The notes: a model not told the origin generated them from the letters alone. 64,000 nucleotides of DNA from Abditibacteriota bacterium (GCA_017552965.1 JAFZNQ010000101.1:1899-65898); one strand, 5' to 3'; positions 27,349 to 37,486 are shown, counted from the first letter of the stretch. Made by a program: numbers and translations.

Positions 27349-29481
27349 CTATATTTCTACGGTGATCTCCGTGTTTGCGGGGGCTCCCAGCTCCAGGGAC
27401 CGCTTGTCCCCCTGGCTGCCTCCCACCGACAGGGTGATGCTGCCGTGGGCAAACACCTTCTCTCCCTCGTCATTATAATAGCACAGGCTGTCCCTGTCCA
27501 CCGTGAGATACACTTCTTCCGTCTCTCCTGCCTTCACGTATACTCTCTCAAAAGCAGCCAGCTGGCGGACCGGGTACTTGCAGGGGCACCCCTCTCTCCG
27601 GGTGATATAGACCTGCACCACCTCGTCGCCGTCAAAGGGCCCCTGATTGGTGACCCGGCAGGCCACCTCCACGGTCTCGTCCTCCGGCGAGTATTCCGCA
27701 GTCACGCCGTCATAGCCAAACCGCGAAAAGCCGAAGCCAAAGCCGAAGGGATAGAGAGGCGTCTTGTCCCCGGGGAAGTATCTGTAGGTCCTGCCCTCCA
27801 TGCTGTAATCTTCAAAATCGGGCAGGTCCTCAACGCTCCTCACCACCGTATAGGGCAGTCTGCCTGCGGGATTGCAGCTGCCGAAGATCACGTTGGCCAC
27901 TGCAGTGCCTGCAGACTGGCCGCCGTAGTAGGCGTAGAGCAGAGCCTTCACGGCGGGATACTTGTCCGCGTCGATGGCCACGGGTCCGCCGTTGACAGCC
28001 ACTATGACCACGGGCTTGCCCACGGCGTTCACAGCTTCTATGAGCTCATACTGCTTGCCGGTGAGAAAGACGGAGCCTCTGTCGCCTCCCGCGTCGGAGT
28101 TGAAGGCGTCGCCCTCCTCCCCTTCTATGGTGGAGTCCAGTCCCACCACCAGTATCACCATATCGCTCATTTCCGCAGCCTTGACGGCCTCGGTGATGCC
28201 TCCGTTGTCATGCATGAAGTCCTCGGTCTTGCCTCTGCCGCAGCCCTTGGCATACCACACCCGGCAGCTTTCTGGCACGGCGTCCTGCACGGCGCTGAGC
28301 ATGGTGGCAGTCCTGGAGGGGAAGCCGTTGTAGTTGCCCAGCAGCACCACGGGGTCCGCGGCGTTGGGGCCTATGACGGCTATATTCTGCAGGGTAAAGG
28401 GATTGACCGGCAGGAACGAATCTCTGTTCACCACCATGGTCACGGTCTCCTCCGCCGCCTGCAGGGCCAGCTCCCTGTGCTCGTCGCAGTCCACCAGCTC
28501 GTAGGGCATGTCCGCATAGGGGTCGTCGTCGCCGGCAAAGAGGCCCAGCTTCAGCCGGGTGACCATGAGCCTTTCCACCGCCTGAGTGATCTCCTCCTCC
28601 GTCACCCAGCCCTCATCCACGGCCTTGGCCAGATTGGAATAGGCGTAGCCGCAGTTCAGGTCGCAGCCGGCCCTCACGGCCTTGCCCGCCGATTCGGCAG
28701 TGCAGGAGGTCACCTTCTGATGGACGTGAAAGTCCTCCACTGCGCCGCAGTCGGACACCACGTGTCCGTCAAAGCCCCAGCGGCCTCTCAGAATGTCCTT
28801 CAGCAGGAATTCGTTGCCTGAGCAGGGCTCGTCATAGAGGCGGGTGTAGGCGGTCATCACGCTCTCCACTCCCGCCTTGACTGCCGCCTCGAAGGCGGGG
28901 AGATAGGTCTCGAAAAAGTCCTTCTTGGGAGGGTTGGTGTCCATGTGGTGCCGCTTGGACTCGGGGCCGGAATGGGCCGCAAAGTGCTTGGCGCAGGCGG
29001 ACACCTTCAGATACTTGGGGTCGTCGCCCTGGAGTCCCCGGATGAAGGCCTCTCCGGTCCTGGCTGTCAGGTAGGGGTCCTCGCCGTAGGTCTCCTGTCC
29101 CCTGCCCCATCTGGGGTCTCTGAATATATTGATATTGGGGCTCCAATAGGTGAGGCCCTTGTATATGCCGTAGTCCCCCTTGGCCGCCGCGGCGTGATGC
29201 TTGGCTCTGGCCTCCGTGGAGATCACGTCGCCCACCTCTTCGATGAGCCAGGGATCCCAGGCGGCCGCCAGGCCTATGGACTGGGGAAACACGGTGGCTA
29301 CGCCGTTGCGGGCCACGCCGTGAAGGGCTTCGCTCCACCAGTTGTGGGGAGGTATGCCCAGCCTCTCTATGCCCGGGCTCTCGTGGAGAGTCTGGGATAT
29401 CTTTTCGTCCAGAGTCATCTCAGCGACCAGAGCCTTAGCTCTCTCTTTGAAGGAAAGGGTCTTGTCTAAATATTTTTTCAT
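27349..29481 (-). CDS. Glycoside hydrolase family 3 beta-glucosidase/beta-xylosidase (BglX-like)
   Basis: 710 aa with GH3 N-terminal barrel (...KHFAAHSGPE...), SDCGAV motif and C-terminal fibronectin-like domain. Confidence 0.9.
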   Translation of the reverse strand: MKKYLDKTLSFKERAKALVAEMTLDEKISQTLHESPGIERLGIPPHNWWSEALHGVARNGVATVFPQSIGLAAAWDPWLIEEVGDVISTEARAKHHAAAAKGDYGIYKGLTYWSPNINIFRDPRWGRGQETYGEDPYLTARTGEAFIRGLQGDDPKYLKVSACAKHFAAHSGPESKRHHMDTNPPKKDFFETYLPAFEAAVKAGVESVMTAYTRLYDEPCSGNEFLLKDILRGRWGFDGHVVSDCGAVEDFHVHQKVTSCTAESAGKAVRAGCDLNCGYAYSNLAKAVDEGWVTEEEITQAVERLMVTRLKLGLFAGDDDPYADMPYELVDCDEHRELALQAAEETVTMVVNRDSFLPVNPFTLQNIAVIGPNAADPVVLLGNYNGFPSRTATMLSAVQDAVPESCRVWYAKGCGRGKTEDFMHDNGGITEAVKAAEMSDMVILVVGLDSTIEGEEGDAFNSDAGGDRGSVFLTGKQYELIEAVNAVGKPVVIVAVNGGPVAIDADKYPAVKALLYAYYGGQSAGTAVANVIFGSCNPAGRLPYTVVRSVEDLPDFEDYSMEGRTYRYFPGDKTPLYPFGFGFGFSRFGYDGVTAEYSPEDETVEVACRVTNQGPFDGDEVVQVYITRREGCPCKYPVRQLAAFERVYVKAGETEEVYLTVDRDSLCYYNDEGEKVFAHGSITLSVGGSQGDKRSLELGAPANTEITVEI

Positions 29482-29603
29482 ATCAGCATAGGGTTCCTTG
29501 TGGATTTTTCTATGTTCAGTATATCAGGACGGGGCCAAAATGTAAAGCGGCCCCGGGGATAAATATCCAAAAAACTTCCGGCCCGCAGGCCGGAAGTCTC
29601 GCG

Positions 29604-31340
29604 TCAGGGCTTGTCGATGCAGGAGTGGATATAGGGTATCAGCTTGTCCGCCCACATTTCCCCGTGGGCCCTGAGGCCCTTTTTGGAAAAGTGGATGCCC
29701 GCGCCGTCATAATCTCTGGCGTCCCCCGTCAGCAGGTCCGTGTCCGGCCCTTCCAGGGCCACCCCTGTGTCCCACAGCCTTTGGTGCACCCGTCTGATAG
29801 GCTCTATCATCGGAGCCTCGGCGTTGTTGTAGCTCACCTTGGCCACGAACCAGGGCACGTACCAGCCCGCATCCTGCCGGGATGTCTCTATGATAGTCTT
29901 CATGGCCTCGTAGATGGCGTCGGAGTCGCAGTTGGCGTTGGACTCGCCCTGATGCCACAGCAGGGCCCGGCAGCCGCCCTTGCCCAGCTGTCTCAGGCGC
30001 TCGGTCATGTATTCGTACAGCTCTCCTCCGGGGCCCCAGTGCTCCACTATGGAGCCGCCGTGACCGGTGGAGGCTATGCCCACGGGCACTCCGAATTCCT
30101 CATAGAGCCTGTCCCCGAGGGCTGCGTAATAGCTGCCGCCGCCGCTGCGGTCGTGAGGTCCTATGACTGCCCCCTCCAGCCTTTGCCAGAGGACGCCGTC
30201 GGTCATGGACACCATGCCGGAGGTCTGCTCTATGAGCTCCTGGCCCCAATTGGTGGAGTTGCTCTGTCCGGCGCCCACTATGACCTCGCCTATGCCCACG
30301 CGCTCCGCCGCGGCCTCCGCCACTGTCTCGCCCCGGAGCTCTGCCCGGACCTCCACCCTGTACCAGCCTCCCGCTGGGCCCTCGACCTGCAGGTCAAAGG
30401 AGCCTTCGGGGGCTGAGAGCTGCTGCCACTTGCCGGAGAAGGATCTGCCGGAGAGGCCCTTGCCGGTGATCCGGTAAAAGGCTTTGTCAAAGCGCGCGTT
30501 TATCCTGCCGGAAATGAGCAGGCTGCCCGCAAGCTTGTCTCTCCTCTGAAACACCTGCCAGTCCCGGGGCGACAGGAGCTCCAGGCCGGGGGCAGGCTCC
30601 GCTTTCTTTTGGACCGCAGCCCGGTCCTCCCGGGCGGGGACATAGGGAGCGATGACGAAGGACTTGGTCTCCCCGGGCTCCAGAGCCAGATGAGCCATCA
30701 TGGAGGTCAGGGTATATGGAGTCTGCTCCCACAGGGCGTCGCCCTCGCTGACAAAGCCGGCCTCCCTGAGGACCCACTTGTACCGGGCGGGCTCCAGCGC
30801 GGCGCCCGGCTGCCATACGGTGCCGGGAGACACTATCCGTCCGTCTGTGACGGGATGCCCCACGGCCGCTATGGCGGAGGTAAAGGCAGTGAGAAAATGA
30901 TTGGGGGAGCCGGAGGTGTTGGTGACGGCCACGGTGATGCGGTCGGGCTCGGGGGTATAGGTGACTACGCCCATATCGGGCACAGCGCACACCACCTTGC
31001 CGTCCTCCGCCTGCATACTGCCGCCGTAAACGGCTTCCCGCAGGTCCCATTCGGAGGTAAAATAGCCCGGCTGGAACCTCTGGGAGCACCAGCGGTAAAA
31101 GCGTCTCTGGTCTATGAGCTCCTCCCCTGCCGCCCGGAGGCCGGAGAGGCAGGCGTATTCGGCGGAAAAGACCGCCGTATAGCCCTTGCCGTTGTACGTG
31201 ATATTGCCGTCGGGGCCGGTCTGCAGCCCCTGAGAAATACAAGCGTTTGACATGATCACCAAAAAGAGAGCCGCCAGGGCCCTCAGATACACGGAGGCTG
31301 CAAGGGACACCTTGCAGCCTCTCGAAAAACTATGCTTCAT
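29604..31340 (-). CDS. Two-domain protein: N-terminal unknown domain + C-terminal sialate O-acetylesterase-like (SASA / SGNH-type carbohydrate esterase) domain
   Basis: The C-terminal half has the GQSN catalytic-serine motif and HFSKKG, as in SASA/DUF303 esterases. Signal-anchor-like N-terminus. Confidence 0.7.
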   Translation of the reverse strand: MKHSFSRGCKVSLAASVYLRALAALFLVIMSNACISQGLQTGPDGNITYNGKGYTAVFSAEYACLSGLRAAGEELIDQRRFYRWCSQRFQPGYFTSEWDLREAVYGGSMQAEDGKVVCAVPDMGVVTYTPEPDRITVAVTNTSGSPNHFLTAFTSAIAAVGHPVTDGRIVSPGTVWQPGAALEPARYKWVLREAGFVSEGDALWEQTPYTLTSMMAHLALEPGETKSFVIAPYVPAREDRAAVQKKAEPAPGLELLSPRDWQVFQRRDKLAGSLLISGRINARFDKAFYRITGKGLSGRSFSGKWQQLSAPEGSFDLQVEGPAGGWYRVEVRAELRGETVAEAAAERVGIGEVIVGAGQSNSTNWGQELIEQTSGMVSMTDGVLWQRLEGAVIGPHDRSGGGSYYAALGDRLYEEFGVPVGIASTGHGGSIVEHWGPGGELYEYMTERLRQLGKGGCRALLWHQGESNANCDSDAIYEAMKTIIETSRQDAGWYVPWFVAKVSYNNAEAPMIEPIRRVHQRLWDTGVALEGPDTDLLTGDARDYDGAGIHFSKKGLRAHGEMWADKLIPYIHSCIDKP

Positions 31341-31905
31341 TCCTGGAGTGATTGGTCACTGCTGCCACGTCTCCGTTGGACAGGATGTGGATGTTGCCCT
31401 CCTCATCCTTGATGCGGGTGCAGCGGATACCCAGCTCCACTACTTCGCCGGTGGCTCCGCCGATGGTCACCTTTTCGCCTACGCAGTACTGGTTCTCGGC
31501 TATGATGATGAAGCCGGACACCACGTCCTTCACCAGCTTCTGGGCGCCGAAGCCCACGGCCAGACCGGCCACGCCGGCGGTGGCCAGCAGAGGAGCCAGG
31601 TCAATGCCTACCAGGCCCAGCAGGATCATGATCATCACAAAGCCCAGCACAAAGGCTACGGTGGATCTGAGGACGGTCTCCAGAGTCTGGACTCTGGCCG
31701 CTACCTGCTCGGGGGAGCCGACCTTTTCGCCCACCTTGTTGGTGATGGTCAGCATTTTCTTTGCCCATACCCCGATGATCTTGTCCAGGATCTTGCGGAC
31801 GATGAGATAGATTATTATCACCAGCAGGATCTTGAGACAGACAGTGCCGACGGTGGCGCTCATTTTCTGGATCTGTTCGGGGCTCAAATTACTAAAACAA
31901 CCCAT
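31330..31905 (-). CDS. Small MscS-family mechanosensitive channel (lacks the large C-terminal vestibule domain)
   Basis: 191 aa. The pore helix motif GVAGLAVGFGAQKLVKDVVSGFIII matches the MscS TM3 signature, with a beta-domain after it. Confidence 0.75.
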   Translation of the reverse strand: MGCFSNLSPEQIQKMSATVGTVCLKILLVIIIYLIVRKILDKIIGVWAKKMLTITNKVGEKVGSPEQVAARVQTLETVLRSTVAFVLGFVMIMILLGLVGIDLAPLLATAGVAGLAVGFGAQKLVKDVVSGFIIIAENQYCVGEKVTIGGATGEVVELGIRCTRIKDEEGNIHILSNGDVAAVTNHSRNEA

Positions 31906-31922
31906 TTTTGTACTCTCCGTTT

Positions 31923-33599
31923 TTATTGATTTGGATTGGTATCCATATTATCTCTTTCTCTGATGACCTTGCGGCGGATCTTGCCGGAGAAGGTCTTGGG
32001 CAGCTCGTCCACGTAGTCAAACAGCCTGGGGTATTTGTAGGGAGCAGTGTTCTTCTTCACGAACTCCTGCAGCTCTTTGGACAGCTCGTCGGAGGGCTCG
32101 TAGCCCTTGGCCAGCTTGATGGTGGCCTTGACCACCTGGCCTCTGATGGGGTCCGGGGCGCCGGTGACGGCGCATTCCAGCACCGAGGGATGCTGCATGA
32201 GCACGCTCTCTATCTCAAAGGGGCCGATCCTGTAGCCGGAGGACTTGATCACGTCGTCGCTGCGGCCCACGAACCAATAGTAGCCCATCTCGTCCCGCCA
32301 GGCCATATCGCCGGTGAAGTAGTAGCCGCCTCTGAAGCGCTCTTCCTGATCGTCCAGATCGAAGAGGTAGCCCTTGAAGAGGCCCACGGGATATTCGTCG
32401 TCCACCTTCACGGCCAGCAGGCCCTCCTGGCCCACCTCCACTTCCTTCAGGTTCTCGTCCAGAAGGCGTATGTCGTAGGCGGGAGAAGGCTTGCCCATGC
32501 TGCCGGGACGGGGAGTCACGCCGGGGAAGGTGGCCAGCAGGACCACGCCCTCGGACTGACCGAAGCCCTCGTATATCTTGTGGCCGGTGGCCTTTTCAAA
32601 GGCGTTGAACACCTCCGAATGCAGGGCCTCGCCTGCGGTGCAGCAATGGGTCAGAGAGGAAAAGTCGTATTTGGACAAGTCCTCCTTGATGATGAATCTG
32701 TACACCGTGGGAGGCGCGCAGAAGGTGGTGAGCTTGTATTTTTCGATGAGAGACAGTATCTCGTCGGCGTGAAAGCGGTCAAAGTCATAGACCATGTTGG
32801 CTGTGCCGCCTATCCACTGGCCGTATATCTTGCCCCAGCCCGTCTTGGCCCAGCCCGTGTCGGCTACGGTGAGATGCAGACCGTTGTTCTGCACGCACTG
32901 CCAGTAGCAGGCCGTGATGATGTGCCCCAGGGGATACAGATAGTTGTGGGGCAGCAGCTTGGGCATGCCGGTGGTGCCTGAGGTGAAATACATGAGCATA
33001 GTGTCGTCATTCTGAGTCGCCTCGGCTCCGGTGGGTCTTTCGAACACGTCGCTCTCGCCGGCTATGCAGTCGTCAAAATAAGCCCAGCCCTCTCTGGGGC
33101 TCTGGACCACTATCTTGTTGGTGATATGGGGCGCGTCGTGAGCGATGGACTCCTCCAGCTCCCTGATGGCCATTTCCTCATTGACGCAGAAGACGCAGGA
33201 GACCCGGGCCTTGCTGATGCGGTAGGAAAAATCCTTTTTCTTCATCAGGTGGTTCACGGGAAGGGCTATGGCTCCCAGCTTGTGGCAGGCCACGGATATC
33301 ACCCAGTATTCCCAGCGCCTCTTCAGTACCAGCATAACTACATCGCCCTTCTTTACTCCCACTCTCTTCAGGTAGTTGACCGTTTGGTTGGACAGGCGCT
33401 TGATGTCGGTAAAGGTGAAGGTCCTTTCCTCACCCTGGGGGTTGGCCCATACCAAAGCGCGCTTTTCGGGCTCTTCGTCTGCCCATGCGTCCACCACGTC
33501 AAACCCGAAGTTGAAGTTGTCGGGTATCCTGAACCTAAAGCGATTGCGCATATCTTCGTAAGAAGAAAATTCGCATTCCTCCAGATATCTTTCTTTCAT
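31923..33599 (-). CDS. AMP-dependent acyl-CoA synthetase/ligase (medium-chain ACS-like)
   Basis: 558 aa ANL superfamily: YFTSGTTGMPK AMP-binding motif, GYGQSE-like and C-terminal lysine motif. Confidence 0.85.
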   Translation of the reverse strand: MKERYLEECEFSSYEDMRNRFRFRIPDNFNFGFDVVDAWADEEPEKRALVWANPQGEERTFTFTDIKRLSNQTVNYLKRVGVKKGDVVMLVLKRRWEYWVISVACHKLGAIALPVNHLMKKKDFSYRISKARVSCVFCVNEEMAIRELEESIAHDAPHITNKIVVQSPREGWAYFDDCIAGESDVFERPTGAEATQNDDTMLMYFTSGTTGMPKLLPHNYLYPLGHIITACYWQCVQNNGLHLTVADTGWAKTGWGKIYGQWIGGTANMVYDFDRFHADEILSLIEKYKLTTFCAPPTVYRFIIKEDLSKYDFSSLTHCCTAGEALHSEVFNAFEKATGHKIYEGFGQSEGVVLLATFPGVTPRPGSMGKPSPAYDIRLLDENLKEVEVGQEGLLAVKVDDEYPVGLFKGYLFDLDDQEERFRGGYYFTGDMAWRDEMGYYWFVGRSDDVIKSSGYRIGPFEIESVLMQHPSVLECAVTGAPDPIRGQVVKATIKLAKGYEPSDELSKELQEFVKKNTAPYKYPRLFDYVDELPKTFSGKIRRKVIRERDNMDTNPNQ

Positions 33600-33732
33600 T
33601 TTGAGCGATGTCTCCTTAAATAATTATGCCATATTATATTGTAATTCTTTTTGGCGTGTATGTCAAGGGAGACAGCTTGCAACCGGAGGCGGCTCGCTGG
33701 TATAATAAAGTGGACAAACAAGGAGGCTCCCC

Positions 33733-34884
33733 ATGTCAGACAAGCTCAGAAAACAGATCACCATAGAAGGGATAGAAGCCGCGGCGGACGTCATGCTGCC
33801 GGACGCGGACCTGTGGGTGACGGTCAGATGCCGCAGCAGCCTGCCCGGCCCCTCGGAGGCATCCTTTGTGCTGGTGTTGAAGCAAAAGGACTACGAGCAG
33901 AGGACGGTCATCACCGAGACGGTCCCTCCCGGCGAATACGCCCTGGAGGCCTTTTTCGGCATCAAGGAGGTCCTGTGCTGGCAGCCCAACGTCATAGGCG
34001 AAGCCTCTGTATATGAGCTCATGGCGGGAGTCAGGGCCGAAGGGGCCCTGCAGGACGTGGCCTCCAAAAATCTGGCAGTCTGCGACGCGGACTTTTCGGA
34101 CGGCGGCCTCATACTGAACGGCAGAAGCCTGGCCCTGCCCCTGGCAGTCACGGGCAAGCCCCTTTCCCGGGTCACCGGGGAGGAGCTCCGGGACATGGAA
34201 GCCCTGGGCTTCGGAGGCCTGACGGTGACCGAGGAGGACTGCTCCCGGGACGCCTGTCTGGCCGCCGGTCTGGCGGTCCTGACCACAGAGCCCCGGCTCA
34301 TACGCATCCCCCGCTCCGGGGACAGGGCAGCCGATATAGCCGCCGCCCGGTCCGCGGGAGAAGCCGCCGCCCGGGCCCTGGCCGCGGGAGAGACCATAGG
34401 CATCCCCTGCTCCGAAGCGACAGCCCGGCCCGCCCGATATTTTGTGGCCCGGGCCCTGGCTCCCCTGAGCCTCTTTGCCGAGGACGGCGCCATCCGGTGT
34501 CTGAACAGGACCTGCCGGGACTTTGCCGGCATGCTGGAGACTGAGGACGGCTCGTCGCCTCTGCGCGTGAGCGCCTTCAGCGCGGAGACGGTGTCCCGGG
34601 GAACGGCAGCGGTGGTCAGGGACACAGACAACAAGCCTCTGGCGTCCCTTTACGCGGGACCGTCAGAGGCTATGCCCAGAATATTCATATCCGCTTTTCG
34701 CACGGCTCCGGAGGAATACAGACTGGCTGTAGCCTCCGACGGCAACGCCCGCTGCGTGGAGCTCACGGGGAACGCCGATTTTTCGGACAACTATTTTACC
34801 CTGCTGGCCGGCGAGAGCAGAGAGATCGCGGTGAGGGACTGCCCGGACAAGCCGGATACGGCCTGCCGGGTGTGGGACCTTTAG
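33733..34884 (+). CDS. GH2-like remnant protein (Ig-like beta-sandwich + degenerate TIM barrel; lacks sugar-binding N-domain and catalytic Glu motifs); probably non-catalytic
   Basis: Motifs CWQPNVIGEASVYEL...LILNGRSLAL...LRDMEALGFGGLTV...ACLAAGLAVLTE align by eye to the GH2 (LacZ/GUS) WxP..LYxL / F.INGKP / TIM-barrel onset. The N-terminal ~170 aa domain and the NE / nucleophile-E motifs are absent. Confidence 0.5.
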   Translation: MSDKLRKQITIEGIEAAADVMLPDADLWVTVRCRSSLPGPSEASFVLVLKQKDYEQRTVITETVPPGEYALEAFFGIKEVLCWQPNVIGEASVYELMAGVRAEGALQDVASKNLAVCDADFSDGGLILNGRSLALPLAVTGKPLSRVTGEELRDMEALGFGGLTVTEEDCSRDACLAAGLAVLTTEPRLIRIPRSGDRAADIAAARSAGEAAARALAAGETIGIPCSEATARPARYFVARALAPLSLFAEDGAIRCLNRTCRDFAGMLETEDGSSPLRVSAFSAETVSRGTAAVVRDTDNKPLASLYAGPSEAMPRIFISAFRTAPEEYRLAVASDGNARCVELTGNADFSDNYFTLLAGESREIAVRDCPDKPDTACRVWDL

Positions 34885-37058
34885 ATATCCTCATCCTCCT
34901 CGTCATCATCTTCCAGTTTCTTTTCCTGGCGGGTCATGATCTCCCGCACCTTGTCCCCGGCTTCGAGGAACACTGTCGCTATGGTGGGATCAAAGTGTGA
35001 GCCGCTGCCCTCTTCGATGATGGACATGGCCTTCTCGAAGGAAAAGCCCTTTTTGTAGGGGCGCTCTGACACCAGAGCGTCAAACACGTCCGCCACAGCC
35101 ATGATACGGGCAGCCAGCGGTATTTCCTCTCCCTTGAGGCCTTCCGGATAGCCCATGCCGTTCCATTTTTCGTGATGATAGCGAGCCAGATTGGAGGCGT
35201 CTGCAAAATAGCCGCCCGAATCGGCGTCGCCTATGAGCCTGATGGCCTTTCGTATGATCCTGCCGCCGTATACCGCATGCCGCTTCATGTCGGCAAATTC
35301 TTCATCGGTCAGCTTGCCGGGCTTGTTGAGGATGCGGTCGGGCACCTTTATCTTGCCTACGTCATGGAGAGCGGCGGTGAGAGTGACGTTTTTCTTGAAT
35401 TCCTCGGTGATGACGTCCGTATACATATTCCGTCTCTGGAGCTCCTCCATGATGAGCTCGGCGTAGGCCGCGGTCTTCTGCACGTGGTCTCCGGTACACT
35501 GATCCCTCTGCTCCACCGTGTCGGCCAGCACCAGTATCAGGCCCGTCTGCAGCTTGTTGATCTTATCCTCCTGCTCCTTCATCTCACCGATGAACTTCAC
35601 CGTGTCCTTGGTGGTCCGGACTATGGCGTTGTAGAGATTCTCGATCTCGTCGCCGGTCCTGATGTCGAGAGCGGCTATAGTGCTGACGTTCTCGTAGCGG
35701 GAATCTTCGGTGGAATAGTCAAATTGGCTCGCGGTCTCCGCTATCCTGTTGACAGGCAGGATGATATTTTGCTCCGCCAGCCAGATAGCCAGCGTGAGCA
35801 GCACGATAAAGACGCCGAAGAAGAGGCTGATGACCCGGGCCAGGAACTGGTAGCCGGTGATGGCTATGTAGTTCATATTCACGTCCACGCACAGATAGCA
35901 CCGGCACCTGCCCTCCTTGTCCCGGAGAGGCTCATATACAGACAGCAGCCATCCGTAACGCTCGTTGGAAATAACGGGGTCGATGGGCTCCCCCGCCAGG
36001 AGCTTGGGCAGAACCTTCATGAAGGCTTCGTCAAAGGGTATCACAGTGCCCGGGTCCTCTCCCGGCGTGTCCGCCGTGTCGGGATCAAAGACCACGTGAC
36101 AGCCGTCGGGCTCTACCTTGTAGGCATAGACGTATTCGATGTTGTCGGCGCTGTCCATCAGGGTCTTGAGCTGACGCTCGCTCTCGCGATAGCCCTCCGC
36201 GTCTTCTCCGAACACCAGATATTCCTCTATCTTTTCCGCATCGATGTTTTTGGCGGCTATGTGGAGTATGCTGCGGGCGATGTATATCTGCTGATCCACC
36301 GCGCCGGTCCGGTACTGCTTGTAGCTGATACCGGATACAAAGCTGGCTATGATGATGCAGGCCCCGGAGACCAGCAGCACCACCTTGGTCCGGAGGGACA
36401 TCTTTTTGCGGTCGGAGATCGGCCGTCCTTCCTCATCCTCCAGGGGAGCGACCTTCGTCTTGCGGAAGCCGAAGAAGTAGAACTTGCTTTTGAAGGACTC
36501 CGGCAGCAGCTTCACTATGGCTACGGTGATGATCACCGATATGGTCTTGTCAAAAAAGTCCACCAGCAGGTCGGCCAGCAGCAGGGAATAAAAGGGAGGG
36601 ATGCCCCTGACCACCGAGAAATAATAGGCCAGACCGGAAGCGGAGCCTTCGCCGATCCAGAAGCCGTTGAGCACCCAGTTGAGCATGGTGCCGAAGATGC
36701 CGCCTATGAGGGCAAAGGTGACTATGATGATGGGCAGCGTGCTCAGGCGGTCAAAATAGCCCCTTTGGGCAAACCAGGCCGCGCTGATGGCTATCAGCAT
36801 GCTGATGAAGCTGTAGTAAGCGGTGTAATAGTTGCTGAGACCGTTGATAAGGTTGGTAAAGAGGCCCACTATAAACGCGGGGATATAGCCTCCGAGAGCG
36901 GCCGAAAGAGCGTTGCCTATGATATCGAGATACAAAGGCAAATCAAAATAATGGGCGATCTTGTAGCCGATAAAATTGATGCAAAGCCCCATGACGCACA
37001 AGAGCACGGTGTAAGAGAGCTTTTGGTGATTGTGTATATAAGTCTTGATGTCTTTCAT
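34881..37058 (-). CDS. Membrane sensor HD-GYP phosphodiesterase (N-terminal multi-TM domain, periplasmic sensor domain, HD-GYP catalytic domain)
   Basis: 725 aa. The C-terminal region has HD (ALHDVGK) and GYP (GMGYPEGL) motifs. About 7 N-terminal TM helices, an extracytoplasmic domain and another TM. Acidic tail. Confidence 0.8.
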   Translation of the reverse strand: MKDIKTYIHNHQKLSYTVLLCVMGLCINFIGYKIAHYFDLPLYLDIIGNALSAALGGYIPAFIVGLFTNLINGLSNYYTAYYSFISMLIAISAAWFAQRGYFDRLSTLPIIIVTFALIGGIFGTMLNWVLNGFWIGEGSASGLAYYFSVVRGIPPFYSLLLADLLVDFFDKTISVIITVAIVKLLPESFKSKFYFFGFRKTKVAPLEDEEGRPISDRKKMSLRTKVVLLVSGACIIIASFVSGISYKQYRTGAVDQQIYIARSILHIAAKNIDAEKIEEYLVFGEDAEGYRESERQLKTLMDSADNIEYVYAYKVEPDGCHVVFDPDTADTPGEDPGTVIPFDEAFMKVLPKLLAGEPIDPVISNERYGWLLSVYEPLRDKEGRCRCYLCVDVNMNYIAITGYQFLARVISLFFGVFIVLLTLAIWLAEQNIILPVNRIAETASQFDYSTEDSRYENVSTIAALDIRTGDEIENLYNAIVRTTKDTVKFIGEMKEQEDKINKLQTGLILVLADTVEQRDQCTGDHVQKTAAYAELIMEELQRRNMYTDVITEEFKKNVTLTAALHDVGKIKVPDRILNKPGKLTDEEFADMKRHAVYGGRIIRKAIRLIGDADSGGYFADASNLARYHHEKWNGMGYPEGLKGEEIPLAARIMAVADVFDALVSERPYKKGFSFEKAMSIIEEGSGSHFDPTIATVFLEAGDKVREIMTRQEKKLEDDDEEDEDI

Positions 37059-37445
37059 TTATACGCCTCTTTCCGCTCCCGCGCCTTTGGCGGGGGAGCT
37101 CAGCCGATGGATTGCAGCTATTAATATTATATCATACAGGCCCCCGGCAAATAAAGCCCCGCTCCCGCCAAGTAAAAAAATACTATAAACGCCGATTTTT
37201 ACAAAAACGGGCCGGACAGTCAGGCTGCAGACAGGTCCTCCCGGCGTGATCGCCCTCAGCCCCTCGCAGGCAAGAGACCTCCCGCAACTCGGGCGCCAGC
37301 CCCGCCGGGAATGCATACTGCTCCAAACAGGCGCCCTGGGCGGGCGCGGGAGGAAAACGATGCAACCCGATCAAAGCGTTCGCTCCCGCGGGATACGTAA
37401 ATAAGCGTTTGACAAAAAGCATGGGGGAAGTATGGGAGTCCTATG

Positions 37446-37486
37446 ACGAAAAGAAAAAGGGGAGGAGCGGAGGGTCTCGGCTCCGC
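37446..37486 (-). terminator. Intrinsic terminator of the candidate ncRNA
   Basis: Minus strand GCGGAGccgagaccCTCCGC followed by TCCTCCCCTTTTTCTTTT. Confidence 0.55.

Noticed and set aside
31252-31929. 225-aa plus-strand ORF and 152-aa ORF overlapping the MscS gene
   Set aside because: They are antisense to the MscS-like gene, which has clear family motifs. There is no independent support for them.
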